Assembly: GCA_009103225.1 (NCBI GenBank)
Contig: RHPI01001715.1
Span: forward strand, 308,701-372,700
From: Chlorokybus atmophyticus
Taxonomy: Eukaryota; Plantae; Mesostigma and Chlorokybus algae
Reading direction: 5' to 3'
Length of the DNA: 64,000 nt
Shown: positions 23,961 through 37,945 of the stretch, in pieces
How the letters are laid out: each line of letters opens with the position of its first letter
Numbering within the stretch: the first letter of the stretch is position 1
The notes under the pieces: generated by a model
What the model was told of the DNA's origin: nothing
Database searches by the model: none
What the model saw: the letters and a program-made list of their open reading frames with translations, nothing else
Translations under genes and position numbers: made by a program

Positions 23961-26866
23961 ATGAAGGTCACCTTCAAGACGCTCACTGGCAAAGGTTTTC
24001 AGCTGGATGTTGAGCCTTCTCAAACGGTAAGCATGCAGCGTATTTAGGCAATTGTTGTTGTTTATGTTAGTTGTAGCCGCTACTGAAGCAGCGCGTTGGC
24101 AGCTCCAGCGAGGGTCTGTCTACAACTTTTTTGCCACTGAAAAGCTATTGCCAAGCTTTGCTCCTTGCTACCGTGTCCTGTGCTGGTTGTTGCCATTTCG
24201 CATACCAGCTATTTACCATGCTGAACAGTGCCCAAGCAGTACTTGTCCGTTCCTGTCTATCAACTTGCGACATCATTTCAAGCACCTGATCGTAAGAGCA
24301 CGGTAGATTCCAGCTGTTGCACATTTGCGGCAGGTCGAGATTAATTGTAGTGCGCAGTGGCATGTTGTGTTGTCATGCATGCCAGATTGCATTCCTTTGC
24401 TGCACACTAGGCGGTCAGGACACAACGTGTACTGCAGGGCTGTGCCTCAGCTGACACAGTTGGTGTGACTCGCAGGTCGCAGAGGTCAAGCAACAAATTG
24501 CCGAGTCACAGGGTGAAGCAGCCTTTGCTGTTGATGCGCAAAAGTTGATATACCAAGGGAAAGTCCTGAAGGATGAAACCACATTAGAAGCCAACGCAGT
24601 GACAGAAAACGGGTTTTTGGTTGTTATGGTTGCAAAGGTATAGTATAGTAGGAGCGTCTGTCTTGCTTTACAGGGTGCACTGTGTCTGTGGCATGGTTGT
24701 TAACTTGTTTGCATGCTGCATTTGCAGCCAAAGCAGCCTGCAGCTGCAGCAACTTCTGCAGCTGCAGCTTCTGTTCCAAAGCCTGAAGCAGCAGCAGCAG
24801 CAGCAGCTACGACAGCACCGCCTCCTTCTGCACCGTAAGCATCATAGGTTATGGTAGCATCTGTTCCAACTACTTGCACTGTTGCACTCATGATGACAAG
24901 TATGCATGTGCGACAACAGGGACACAGCCAGTCGTACTCCGGCGCCTCCAGCAGCAACTCCAACTGTTGCACCACCAGCACAGTATGTATTTTGTTGCAA
25001 ATCATATGCAGTACGTCTAGGCCCATGTATTGCATGGCGTCTGCAGCTTGGCTTGGCTTGCATGGTGCAAGTTGTTGTCATGTCTGTGCAGGGCTGCTGC
25101 TCCTACAGATGTGTACGGAACAGCAGCATCAAGTCTGGTTGCGGGAACACAGCTTGAGAGCACAATCGCTGGCATTATGGAAATGGGCTTTCAACGGGAA
25201 GAAGTTATCAGAGCTCTTCGCGCAGCTTACAACAACCCCGATCGGGCAGTCGAGTACTTGATGACGGTAGGTGGTGCATGTTCTGGGATTGAGGTTGTTC
25301 TGCACAGCAATTTTGCCCGGAATATGCCGTGCCTGCTTTGTTCCACGGTGCTTGTTGCTATTCAAAACCTTGAGGTCCATGTACTGTTTGTGCACACAAA
25401 ATAGAAAGTACTGGCCACTGCACAACAAAATGTCCATGCTGTAAACTCCAACAGGCAGCCACCTGTTGGAGTTTGCAGCATGGTTGTATTGTATTGACTC
25501 AGCCGCCTCCCCCTTTTTGGCCAGAGCCACTTAAGTGAGTGCAAATTATGCTGGCTGCAGGGTATTCCAGAGACAGCAGAGCCGGTGGCACCCGTTGCTG
25601 CTCCTCCACGCGCACCTGCAGAGCCTGTGCCAGTGCAACAACCAGCCGCGCCAGCAACAGGGGCCCCTGCTCCACCAGCACAGCAGCAGCCAACTGGACC
25701 AAACGTCCAACCTTTGAACTTGTTTCCTCAGGTGCGCATGGCATCTCTTGTGGTCTCATGGCGAATCGCAGTGCACGGCTCTATGCGGCTGATTTGACCC
25801 TGTGGTGCAACAACAGGGGATGCCTGGCTTTGGAGGCGGCGGAGGTGGCGGTGCCAGTTCTCTTGACTTCCTCCGCAACAACCCGCAGTTTCAAGCTCTA
25901 AGAACAATGGTTCAGGCGAACCCCCAGATTCTGCAGGTAATGCGACTGCAACCATTGCGCTTGTTACCGGTATGCGTGGCGAGAGTGTGTGTTTTACATA
26001 TTGCTCCAATGATGATCATGCTGCACAGGTTGCTGTGAGGTTGTCATTCTGGCAAAGGTCGGTCGTGACAAAATGTTGCTGCTGTGATTAGGGTTGCTCC
26101 TTCTTATGTGAGGCTGGGGTCGTAGCGCGTGCATTTTTATTGCTATCCCACCTGGTTGCCTTCCCATGCCTAATGACAAACCTTGCATGTCATAAGCAGT
26201 GGTCAACGCATAGTCCGGGGTTGTATTGTGTGGCGATTTGCTCGCTTGCAATCTGGATTGGCTTGGAGATTTGCCATCGCGTGCTTGCGTCTGTATCCCA
26301 CAGTACTGATGTTGACTAACATTGTTTTGTGCATTGGCAGCCAATGTTGCAAGAGCTCGGCAAGCAGAACCCGCAGCTTCTGCAGTTGATCAACAACAAT
26401 CAGGCGGAGTTTCTGAGGCTTATAAACGAGCCAGCTCCAGAAGGCATGGAAGGGTGAGCCATACGTGCAGTCATAGGGCTGCAGTCATTCGTGGGATGAA
26501 GTGCATGCAATGTATGTTGACTGACTGCTTTACTTTGCAGGGACATGTTTGGTATGGAAGAAGGCGGACCAACTACACTTACCATCACACAAGAGGAGAA
26601 GGAAGCCATTGATCGGGTAAGCACTCTTGACAGTGCGTAACATGGCGACCTTGTTTGAATGCCACTATCGATCAGTATTGTCTGTGTGTAGTCAACTCTT
26701 GCAGCCAACTTCGTTTTCTGCTGACACTGATGTGCTGTTGGCGCTGCAGCTAGAGAGCCTGGGTTTTGACAGGCAGCATGCTATCGAGGCTTACTTTGCT
26801 TGCGACAAGAATGAGGAACTTGCGGCAAATTATTTGTTGAATTCAGTTGCAGAGGACTTTGACTAG
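23961..26866 (+). CDS. RAD23: Ubiquitin receptor RAD23 (UBL-UBA-STI1-UBA), about 11 exons
   Basis: [10 protein letters not shown]..., [67 protein letters not shown]|[17 protein letters not shown] and [30 protein letters not shown]. Confidence 0.97.
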
Positions 26867-29142
26867 GCTTTCATAGCTTCCCCGCAACGAGACTTAGCCC
26901 CCCCCCAACAGCGAGCTGTGTGTTGTGGCATTGGTGCTCTATGTGTACAATGTCTGAGCTTGTGAGTTGAGCCGGGCATTGTGATCAATGTTGTGCGCTA
27001 TTGCACGGCTTGTGGAAAGCAGCAGGAGCAAGAGATCCGCAGCTGCTTGTTACTTGTGGCGTTAGTGACCAGCCTAGTCAAAAATGTGGAGTGGGTTGGA
27101 CATCACCTCTGCAGCTAGCTGACTGCATGGCGCAAGTGGAAGTGCGATATCACAAGAGGAGCTGTTGCCTGTGCCTTAGAGTGTAGTAGAGCCTCAAGCA
27201 GTGTGCTTTACAGAAACATAGATGTGAGGTGCGCGGTCTGCTTAGGGAGTGGGACACATTGCACTGACATTCCTGTGTGAGTAAGCTTTGGCCGTGCATG
27301 AGGCACTATTTCGTGTGACAAGCATGGCTCTCCTGACATGTGGCTTGGTACATGCTATTTCACCCAATCAGTACAATTGTACACGCACCCAGTGCCAGTG
27401 ATAGTCGCTGACTGACACAGTCCACCTACATATACTCAGCATTTAAATTCCACGACAGCATTGCACCCCAAGTGCGTCCACATGATTGCATCACGCTGTC
27501 CCATTCAACATTGATGAACAGACTAGCAGCACAATTCATACCCAATAGCGTTTAAATGACCATGCATTCACCCCCATTTCCAAATAAACTCGTCAATGCG
27601 CAACCACGCATTGTTGTGAGGTAGTATTCCACCGGGATGGATCCCTACAGTCTACCCTTGTTGCAGTGACGACGAATGCTAGAAGACAGCTTGTCATTGC
27701 ACGGAGGTGTCGTCTTTTCAAAGTGACCAATGGTGATTATCAATGACGTACACTGACACTCGGCCAATATAAGGAGGGTTTTATTATAGATACAACAACA
27801 TTGTGAAAAAAACATACATACACGTGATCCATCAAGTAAAAATCGTATAACTTTATGCAATGATAATTAATCACTACATCACTACGATCAATCACTACAG
27901 TGCTCATACCATGTAGTGACAAGAGGTCACTGTAGCGTGGTTTAAAGCCCCCACTTGATGAATTGTATATATATTGCCCTCGCTGTTGTGACGCTACTTA
28001 CTAGCATCGATTGTCTATGGAGAGTGCATGTAAGTCCGAAAGGCCAATGCAGCATGCACTGAGTGCGCTGCACACGTCACAACATGCATGCCTGCCTTGC
28101 CTTGCCTTACACCTGCTGTGCTGCTACTGCCCCGCCCCACCTCTCCGCCCACCACCACCAGCATACGCACGTAGCTAGTGCACATAGCCTTGCCCTTGCC
28201 CTTGTAATTCAGTCCTTGCTGGTGTGCTGGCTGGTGTGCTTGCTGGTGCCTTACATTGTGTTGCAATTGTTGGAAAGCCTATGCATGTCTGAGCATCTGC
28301 ATGGACAACATCACGCCAAACAAAAACTGTCATCTGGCATGTGCTTAACCATCAGGGTCTACCATTCTTAAACCTAATACGCCTCACTACCCCAACTATC
28401 ACCGCATCTTGTTACACATACATAGCTAGGTGGGGACGAGGTGAGTTGCAAGCTCGCTAGTTTATGGTGATGTTGTTTTTGTAGCTGTGCATTTAGAGGC
28501 TTCGGCCAGCTCGTTTGCTTTGCTTTGATGAGCTGTGCGCTAGTATTGATACTCACATTTGTTTACTTTTTTATGATTTTATACATGCACACATGAACAG
28601 TGTTTACATGCACCTACGTGTAGCGAGTTGGTCCTCTGTAATAGTCATCAAAAAGGCTTGGTTTTGCAAATTTGCATGCCTCTGTCTTGCCATTACAAAG
28701 GGTGTCGTAAAAGTGAGTATGATTACAGCGAGAGTACACGGTTTTGGTATCCCATTAACGTTTGGATGACCGTTCACTACCAATTAACTGTAAACCAAAC
28801 GATGCACAATCACGCGCATGGTTGTGCATCGTTGTTACCTTGCGGAATTTGCGAGGTAATGCACCGACGGGGTGGATCACATAAACAAGTATGATGTGAT
28901 GCAGATGATGGTTGGCAGCAGTTGAAAACAATTGGCACTAGCAATCAACTACCTTACAGCCTGCCTTTCATGTGTACAGGATATATGACGTGCTATTAGA
29001 CACACGCATGTAACGCATCACAACCACTTCAGCATTACATGCACACTAGTATACATTTCACCGTGCGTGCACGAGCTCTCCGTATAAGCTAATCTGTATT
29101 GCGTATGCAACATGATCTGGTTTGTGCGCAGCGCTGCGCCCC

Positions 29143-29360
29143 NNNNNNNNNNNNNNNNNNNNNNNNNNNNNNNNNNNNNNNNNNNNNNNNNNNNNNNNNN
29201 NNNNNNNNNNNNNNNNNNNNNNNNNNNNNNNNNNNNNNNNNNNNNNNNNNNNNNNNNNNNNNNNNNNNNNNNNNNNNNNNNNNNNNNNNNNNNNNNNNNN
29301 NNNNNNNNNNNNNNNNNNNNNNNNNNNNNNNNNNNNNNNNNNNNNNNNNNNNNNNNNNNN
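29143..29360. other. Assembly gap flanked by C runs
   Basis: N run between gcgcccc and ccccc. Confidence 0.98.
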
Positions 29361-29820
29361 CCCCCGATGGTCATAGTGTTGGTCTGGCATTGGCATGCAT
29401 ATAGGGTACAGCATAGCAAGCACAGCCACATGCACTGTCACATACACATGCAAGCTATTACAAAGCTAAGGAGGCTGGGCTGCACGCAACGTGCTTGACG
29501 AGGTAGGGGCATGACGGCTGCAGCAGCGTCCAGCACATGCGTAGTACCTGCAGGCGCAGGAGGAGGAGGAGGAGGAGGGAGGAGGAGGAGAGGTGAGGTG
29601 AGAGGCAGGCAACGACCACGACGACACGACAATGCCAAAGCCCAGCCCCCGCGATCCCATGCGTGCTCTCAGCTGGCTGCACGGTCGTGTGTGCTGCGCA
29701 GTGCGTGGCTTCATTGCATTGGCATTGCGACCAGAATCACACCTTACACATGCAAACTGAAAGAGACAAGCACCAGGCTAAAAGGAGCAGACCAGAACAT
29801 ACACCACTACACAGCTGACC

Positions 29821-32274
29821 ATGGCAGGCGAAGCGCCCGAGCAGCGGCGGCGGCGGCAGGAGAGCTCGCTGTCAACGCCGTCCTCGTCGTCGTCGTCGTT
29901 GTCCAGGATGTTGTTGTCGTCATCGACTAGCCCCTTCCGCTGCGTTGCCACGAGAGCCCCCTTCCCCCGCTTCGTCCTGCTTCTCCTCCTGCTCCACCTC
30001 TTGGCGTCGCCAACGCCGCCCCTCGCAGAGGCCAAGCGCCGGCGCAGCAGCAAGCGCAGCGATGACGACGATGAGACAACCCCCGCGCCGGCTGGCCCCA
30101 CCCACCTCACCGCCTGGGAGAGGGGGCTTGCAGGCACCCAACTCAGCTACAAGACAGTGAGTGCGTGAGAGAGAGAATGGGTGGGTGTGGTCAATGATGT
30201 TGTTGTTGCAAGCTTATGCATGCATGCATGCCTGATGGCGCTGACAATTATGCGTGCGAAACTGGCATGAGCTTGTGCATCGAACTAGTTGCAGCGAGTA
30301 CCAAGGTGGGATTCTCCCACAATTCCCAAAACACCGACAGGCTTGCAGTTTATAAACAACAGCAGCTGTGGAGCAGTAGCAGCAGCGACCACAGCATTGT
30401 AGCTGTAGAGCAAATTAACAACCAACCGAATCTTTGTGTGTATGGACTTTGTGTATATGATGGTGTGTGCTAATTGATTATGCTATCTAGTTGTTGACAA
30501 TGACAACCTCATGTGGGTTGTCCATTTCCAGCTGGTTGATTCATGACAGATGTTGACCGCAAGCTCTGTTGCGCAGTTGCTACAGGAGGCGCGGTTGTAC
30601 CACTCAGACACGAGCACAAGAAGGCTCGCAGCGGGTGCTGGAGACGAGCGATTTGCGCCAACAATCACTCTGGGCTACGTGACACCCTGGAACGCCCTCG
30701 GCTACGAGCTTGCCGAACGCTTCGCGCCGAAGTTCACACACATCGCACCTGTCTGGTACCAGGTAGCACGCGCACACATGCACACACACCCATCCACCCA
30801 CCCACCCTCTCACTCACTCGGACTCACATTGTCTCACAGGTCAGGAAAAGTGCTTCTAGCGTTGGTCTTGAGCTTGCGGGCGCACACGACACGGACCTGG
30901 CATGGGCGAGGCGTGTGCAGCAAGGCGGCAAACAGGATGACTCCAACAACATAACCACACGCACGCGCATAGTCCCGCGCTTCATCCTCGAGGGTTTCGA
31001 GGGCAAGGAAGCCGCGGGGAAGTTTCTGGCATCCGACGCACTGAAACAGAGGTGCGTGGACTTGATCGTGCGAGAATGTGTGGGGAAAGGGTGGGATGGA
31101 GCCGTCTTCGAAGGCTTTGCTGGCTGGAGTTACTCTGGGTCCTTGCAGGTGAGAGTGTTCTGTAGGACGCAGCATGCAACTGCGCGTACACAGACAGCAT
31201 GTGTGGATGTAAATTCCACATTCACATGCACATGCACGAGCACATACAGAGACATTGACACATACACATCCGCCTACGATCAACCACTTGCGAGTACGTG
31301 CATGTACAGGCGTACACGGGCACAGACACTTGTGTGCGCCAGCATGCTTGCATACACGTGCATACAGCATGCATGCGCACAGACAAACCACACTTGCCGG
31401 CCCAGGCAGATCTCCAAACACATCTGCGCATTATGTTGTGTGTACAGGACCCTCACACGCGCAAGCTGGCTCTCGACTTCATCCAGCACCTGGCCGGGAC
31501 GCTTGCCGCAACCACCACCACCAACAACAACAACAATGATGATAACATCGGTCCTAACGAGCTCATACTGGCGGTGCCGCCGCCTGGAGCCCCCCACTTC
31601 ACGCGCGTTGACTTCATGCGGTTGGCGCCGCACGTGGCGGCCTTCTCTCTCATGACTTACGACTACTCACACCCGGGAAGGCCCGGCCCCTGCGCGCCAC
31701 TGCCGTGGGTGAGACACTGCCTGGAGGAGCTGCTGGACACGCCTGCAGGCCGCCCGCACACCAAGAAGAAGCGGCACGCGAGCAGCGGGTGGGACGTCAA
31801 TGTTGGCATCGCGCACACTTCTGGACAGGTACATAGGCTTTGTACATGCAAGCATATATTGATTCACACTGTATGAGGTTGGTCAACATGGCAACACTTT
31901 TGAACGCGCACGCACGCGCACATATGCGCGCACGCACACAAACAAGTGTTCAGGTTCATGAGTTCGCAAGCAAACTGTTGCTCGGCCTCAATTTCTACGG
32001 CAACGACTTTCAACTCATACCGCAAGGCGGTGGCCCAATTGTTGGCGGGCAATTCCTGGACAATCTGTCTCAAGCGCGGCCGAAGCTGGTTTGGGACTTG
32101 GAGTCCCAGGAGCATTACTTTGATTATGCGTCGTCGGATGGCTCCACTCATCGCATGTATTACCCCACCGCGCATTCTATAGAGGTGCGGCTCGATGAGG
32201 TCCGCGCGCGTGGTATTGGCATTGCTATCTGGGAGCTTGGCCAAGGACTGGAACACTTCATGGACCTGTTGTGA
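29821..32274 (+). CDS. CHID1: Chitinase domain-containing protein 1 (GH18-like, SI-CLP type), 5 exons
   Basis: [12 protein letters not shown]...[76 protein letters not shown] and [18 protein letters not shown]-stop are all characteristic of CHID1. Confidence 0.92.
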
Positions 32275-32405
32275 GACCCTTCATCAACGTGATGTTCATA
32301 CACGTGGCTATCAATGTGCCCGGCAGGCTGAAACGGTGCTTGCTATTCATGACTTTCAAGATTGACTTGTGCTGTGGGCACCCGTCTTGAGCAATCAGCA
32401 TAAGT

Positions 32406-32473
32406 GCGTGACATGTGGCTTTTCAATCCACATGTCACGCGCTTGTGTAGATTCGAAAAGCCACATGTCACGC
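32406..32473. repeat. 19-bp perfect inverted repeat with an extra internal copy of one arm
   Basis: 32406-32424 (gcgtgacatgtggcttttc) pairs with 32455-32473. A 13-bp copy of the right arm lies at 32428-32440. Confidence 0.93.
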
Positions 32474-32959
32474 GGATGAAGCAGCCAGGCAAGTTGGGTG
32501 GGTGGCAGTAGCAGAAGTTGACAATGAAAGCAAGCACGACATGACACAGACATGTCTCGATAAGCACGGCGCTCAGGCAAGCGTGCGTCAACCTCAGCAT
32601 GCAAATCCCTTTTTATGGAACAATACTGTGACAGCCAGGAAGCACCAGTTTACATAGATCGCCTATACTGTACCAGTAGGACACTCGCAGGCTCTGTTTG
32701 AATGTGGACAAGGTTGGTCTGGTAGCTGTGCGGGAGGGGCTGTAGCTGACCACAGCAATTGTTCACTTGCCGCTAAGGCTGGCTGTATGGAGTGCATACG
32801 GACAACAATCCCACCGGCGAAGAAAGTGAGACACGTCGTGACACAGAATTGTGCATGCAGGTGTGTTGAAGAGCGTGCATGCAGAGACACGTTGTGAGGG
32901 CCAAAGGTCATGCAACTGTCACATGGCACTGTTTACTACACACCCCGCAGGTTCAGTTG

Positions 32960-33334
32960 CATGTGATTAAATCAATGAATTGTGCTTGCGCACAGGCAAC
33001 TGCAAGCAGCCGAATGCAGGCAGAGACAAACTGTGAATGAGGCTGTCATCAATGGTGCTAAAATCTCAACCCACCCTGCACATGCATCAAAACCAAATCC
33101 AGGTTAATACGCATCGCAAGGTAGCATACATACTACGCGCAGTCACATGTGATTAAATCAATGAATTGTGCTTGCGCACAGGCAACTGCAAGCAGCCGAG
33201 TGCAGGCAGAGACAAACTGTGAATGAGGCTGTCATCAATGGTGCTAAAATCTCAACCCACCCTGCACATGCATCAAAACCAAATCCAGGTTGATACACAT
33301 CACAAGGTAGCATACATACTACGCGCAGTCACAT
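32960..33334. repeat. Tandem duplication, 2 x 186 bp
   Basis: The units start at 32960 and 33146 (catgtgattaaatcaatg...) and show four transition differences. Confidence 0.95.
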
Positions 33335-33662
33335 TTGCAGCTGCAAGACCCAGTATGCACATGCACATATGAGCTGCAATGAACAGCAGTCAGGCACCTA
33401 CTCACAACATAGCGTGTTGCAGAGCTGAACATTTTATATACAATACCTTGTCCGCAATAGTCATGCGTGGCTAGACACATGATAGATACATACTAGCTAA
33501 GCAAAGCGAGCAACAACTCCATACCCCCGCACTAACACAGACCATGTCGAGAACAGACCTGCAAGACCCTACCACACACACATACAGAGCTCCTAATCAA
33601 TGATCATCAAACGCTGCGCAGGGAGGGAGTAATGTTGGGTTGTCTCACACAACATATCTTAT

Positions 33663-35699
33663 TCACGCGGTTTCGGCTGCCGGGGCAGGGGTGGGGGTGC
33701 CATTGAAGGCCATCATCTTGATAGGCTGGTCATTGCCATGCTTGGATAGGCTACCACCGGTGTACTGATCATCGGGGTAGGCGTGTCCACCATGCTTGGA
33801 CACGTCGATGCCGACCTCCTCCTGCTCCGGGGGAATGCGCAGGAGGTGGAGCTTGTGGAGACCGAAGAAGAGGATGAACATCAGCGCACTCGTCCACGCA
33901 GCAATCACTACAATGCCCATCAATTGCGCGCCCAACAACTTGCCGCCTCCGCCGCGGAAGAGACCATGAGGGGTTGAATCGTCCTTGAGGTACACTTCCA
34001 TCATCAAACTTTTCTTTGCCATCAGACCAATGTACAAGATGCCCCACGCTCCTGCAAAGACAACCAGAAACTATCAGTCACTTAGTATACACAACAAAAC
34101 ACCCAGAAGAGCACACACACACACACATGAACAAAACGCACACAATGAGACCTGTATACGAATACACACACACACTTCCTCCCTATTCAACAACAAGCAC
34201 ACGCAAACCAGAGCACGATTGTGTGCGCAAACACTCACCACATGCGCCATGCATGGGCCAGGCATCAAGCGGGTCGTCAATCTTCAGCCACCAGAGCAGT
34301 CGGATGGCATAGTTAAACACAATGGCCGCGCACCCGCCGCAGATAATGGCCGACCACGGCTCGAGGACAGCGCATCCACCCGTGATGGCAACAAGTCCCG
34401 CCAACGCACCATTGCACACGCCGATGGTGTCCCACTGCCCGTACATGATGCGCTTGAAGTAGAGGGTTGTCACGCCCGCAGCCGACGCAGAGAGAGTTGT
34501 TGTCACAGCCACGCGTCCAACAATGGAGTAAGTGCCGATGATGGTGAGCGTGGACCCAGGGTTGAAACCGTACCAACCGAACCAGAGAAGGAGAGTACCC
34601 AACACGACGAGCACGGCAGAGTGGCCGGGCATGTCGACAACTTTGCCGTTGGCATCAAAGCGGCCAATGCGTGGACCCTCAATCCAGGCACCAACGAGAC
34701 CAGCAAACCCACCCACCATGTGGACAACACCGCTCCCAGCGAAATCCAAGTACCCAACATCTGTGCCACAAGTGCCTTATGTTAGATGTGTGTCATGGTA
34801 GCAAGACCTGACTGGATTGTGAGTAATGCACTTACCAGCAAAGAAGTTGCCGCTGGATTTGAATGGGCTGAGCCAGCCTTCACTGGACCAGGCCCAGTGG
34901 ACCACAACGGGGTACACGAAGCCGGTCAGGAAGAAAGAGAAGGCGAGATAGGCTGTCATCTGGGTCCTCTCAGCGACAGACCCAATTGTGATGGTGGAGG
35001 CAGCAGCTGCGCGATAAGAACATGTTGGTATGTGGAGCCATGTTGTGTCAGTACATGCGCATGCAATTGGCAGTCAAGCTTACCGGCAAAAGCCCACTGG
35101 AAGATGAAGCTGTGCCAGTCGCTGAAGTTGGACAGCGCAAAGTAGGCGTCGCCAATGAAGCCATTGGGGTTGTTGCCCACGCCATATGCAAAGGCATAAC
35201 CAAACAGGTAGAAGGCGATGGCGCCAGCCGCCGCATCCAAAGTGTTCTTCAGCAGAATGTTCTTTGCACTCCTTGCTCGGACTGTTCCCGCGCAGAGCTG
35301 CAACACAAAGCACCGCAACAAATCAGATAGCCCGTCATGCATCACTAGTATGCATGACGGGCAATTGGCTTGAACCTCTCAGCTGTCGTTGCGCCGTGCA
35401 TGAGAAGCTCATTGTGTGTTTATGTGTGTATGTGCACTTACACAGGCGAAGCCGGCCTGCATGATAAAGACGAGGTAGGCGGAGAAGAGGAGGAAGCCGA
35501 CATTAGAAGAAGTGGTGATGACGCTGTTGGCATCATCGACGGCGGAGAGCTTGTTGCAGAGGAAGCTGGCGAGGTTGGCGGTGGCGGTGGAATCGGCGGA
35601 GCCGCCAGTAATGTCGCCCAGCAGCGTCGTCAGCTCCAGTGTGTCCGACTCCGTGCACGACACAGACGACGTCATGGTTGATGACGACAATCCCTCCAC
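33663..35699 (-). CDS. AMT1: Ammonium transporter, AMT1 family, 5 exons
   Basis: [77 protein letters not shown] and [14 protein letters not shown]. Both conserved pore histidines are present. Confidence 0.97.
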
Positions 35700-36699
35700 T
35701 ACCTCCTAGTCCTGGGCTACCTCCTCGTCCGCCTTCGCCGCCGCCGCCGCCGCGGCCTGCCTTCGCCACTAGCCACTACAATTGGCTCTGCACAAAAAAT
35801 GCACTAAAAGGTGGGCATGCAAAGCGCTCTGAGTGGTGGGCAACCTAACGTCTGCAACTGAAGCACAACGGAACGTGCGATAGTGTGTGGTACCATTGGG
35901 TTGAATAGCTGCCAATGACGTTAGCTATAGACGTTATCCGCTTGCGGCAGCCATTGCAGCCGGCTAGCTTTGATCAGCTCAATATATTGCATTACGTTGA
36001 CGCTTCGGTTACCGGTCTTTAGTTTGGCGCGCGCAGCCTTTGGTGCATCGGAGAGACGGTCGGTTGCGGACCGGTTGCAACGCGGAATCGAGCGGGTGGT
36101 GTGCGCCACAACCGGGACACAGCCACACCGGACAACTCGCGCCGCTACCGGCTTGTCGCCCAGGTTGCCAGCCGGGCCAGTGAGTGGCAACGCGAGTCAC
36201 GTTACGCGCGGCGCGGCGAGACATGATGATTGGGAACTCTTCACTCTCGCACAGTCGAGGCAGACGCACTCATGGCCGTACTAGGTAGAGTCATGCAGCA
36301 CGCCGGCCAGCAATGTTGCTGGTCGGACAGGGAGGTGAAGTTGTGGTTGGCTTGAAGAGCCAACAGCGGCGGCCAACAAACGGCCTGTTAACGTACGAGT
36401 GCTGTCGTTTCAGATGGCGAATGTTCAGAGGACTGCACGTGCTCTGCTCGTGCTGCTAGGTTGTCAGCAATGGCCCTTCCCGGCGCAAATGGTTTACGCA
36501 GGTCATTTATCGGTGGTTGGGCATTGATCACAGGCCAATGGCCCAATGTTCGCTTCGCAAAGGTTCCACAATGTGTCCGGCGCATAAGCGACCTGACCGG
36601 TAGCTATGCCCGCGTACCGTGGCAACGCGTTCGCATGTACGGTGCAACCTTTGCCTTTGTCGGTAGCGGTAGTCTGTTTGCTGGTTTTAAAAAAAACAT

Positions 36700-37500
36700 T
36701 GGCTCCTTAGCCAGCAAACAGACCACCGCTACCGACAAAGGTGCCAATGTTTTTTTTTCTCATTTTTTGTGAAGAAGAGTGGCCAAGTAACAAAAAATAA
36801 CCCACTTAAGAAGCCATGGCTTGGTTCAAATCATTCATAGTGTCTATCAAATCAAAGTGCATACAATGCACATTGATGTCTAAAAATGCGACTTTTTGTG
36901 CTATGACATTGATGTGTTGATATACAACATGGCGTATTGCTGTTGCTAATGATTTTCATACTTGCAGTCTTAATGATATACGTAGAGTATTCTATGTTTT
37001 TATTAACAAATGTTAGTTGCAAGATGCAAGTACATTCTTTATAAGGAACATCGTTGCAAAAGACATGTATGAGTAAATTTTATGATTCAATATATAGTAG
37101 CAACATAATCAATTAAAACCTTATGCATTAAGCATCTCATCGTGATCAAACCACTGATAATAATGGGACCCGCAAAAAACTTAAAAATCATGCCAAACGG
37201 CCTGAATGCTTATAGACGTTGGGCAAAATTTGTTGATTCACGTGCTATATGCATGAATTTTAGCGACCAAGCGTGCAGTCTGTCCCATCCTTGCCGAAAG
37301 GCATTCACAACATTCACCCACCCGTAAATTGAGTATTCATTGCCGTTAGCGCGTGCAATTCACTACGTATGCCGTGAATGTGCTCTTTTTGCCGTAAATG
37401 CTTACAGCATTAATGAACGACAGGAGTGGATGATGACCCTGATAAGCCGTTGATATTTAATAAGTTTCACGAGTGCCCATGAAAAATAAAGGGCAATATT
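36700..37500. mobile_element. AT-rich block with recurring short motifs; probable non-autonomous DNA transposon remnant
   Basis: The composition departs from both introns and promoters. Motifs (T/A)TTGCCGT and AACATTCAC recur and are shared, in inverted orientation, with 39000-39850. No TIR or TSD was identified. Confidence 0.3.
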
Positions 37501-37881
37501 GCCGTCAATGCAAATTGCCTGTACCAGGCCAGTCACTGGTTTAAGTGGCTAGGCGTGGTCTGGCGGCAAGCTGGGCGCAGTTAAACCGGCCGCTTGGCCT
37601 AGTCGTGTTAGCCTGGTGGCGTGTACGCGTCATGGCAACGTGGCCTTGCCACGCAAAGTAGACAACGCCAACCTGCCTGGCTTGCATAGCCTGACCGCCG
37701 GACTAGCGGCTGCTCCAACGGCGCTTGGCCTGGCCTCTTCCAGTTCTAGGCTTCGGCCGGCCGCTTTGCTCGCTGAAACAACTTTGTCTCCGTTTACGGC
37801 ACGAGGCTGAGGGTGAGGGCATAAGAGGACGAGGGGGGAAGTGGGAGAGCGAGCTCGCTGGAGGCAGGGTGGTGCTGCGCA

Positions 37882-37884
<3 letters not shown>

Positions 37885-37943
<59 letters not shown>
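37885..37943. repeat. (CT)n microsatellite
   Basis: About 29 CT units. Confidence 0.98.

Positions 37944-37945
<2 letters not shown>

Noticed and set aside
27880-27935. Repeated CACTAC and a TAGTG suggesting a CACTA/EnSpm terminus
   Set aside because: No matching second terminus or 3-bp target duplication could be found.
28798-28833. 12-bp inverted repeat AACGATGCACAA/TTGTGCATCGTT
   Set aside because: It is isolated and built on the TGCA motif that is over-represented throughout, so it is not distinguishable from background.
35970-36772. ORFs of 85-104 aa upstream of AMT1 and an ATGATGA box-C-like motif near 36224
   Set aside because: This is CpG-island promoter sequence with no coding motifs, and no box D (CTGA) or terminal stem at snoRNA distance.
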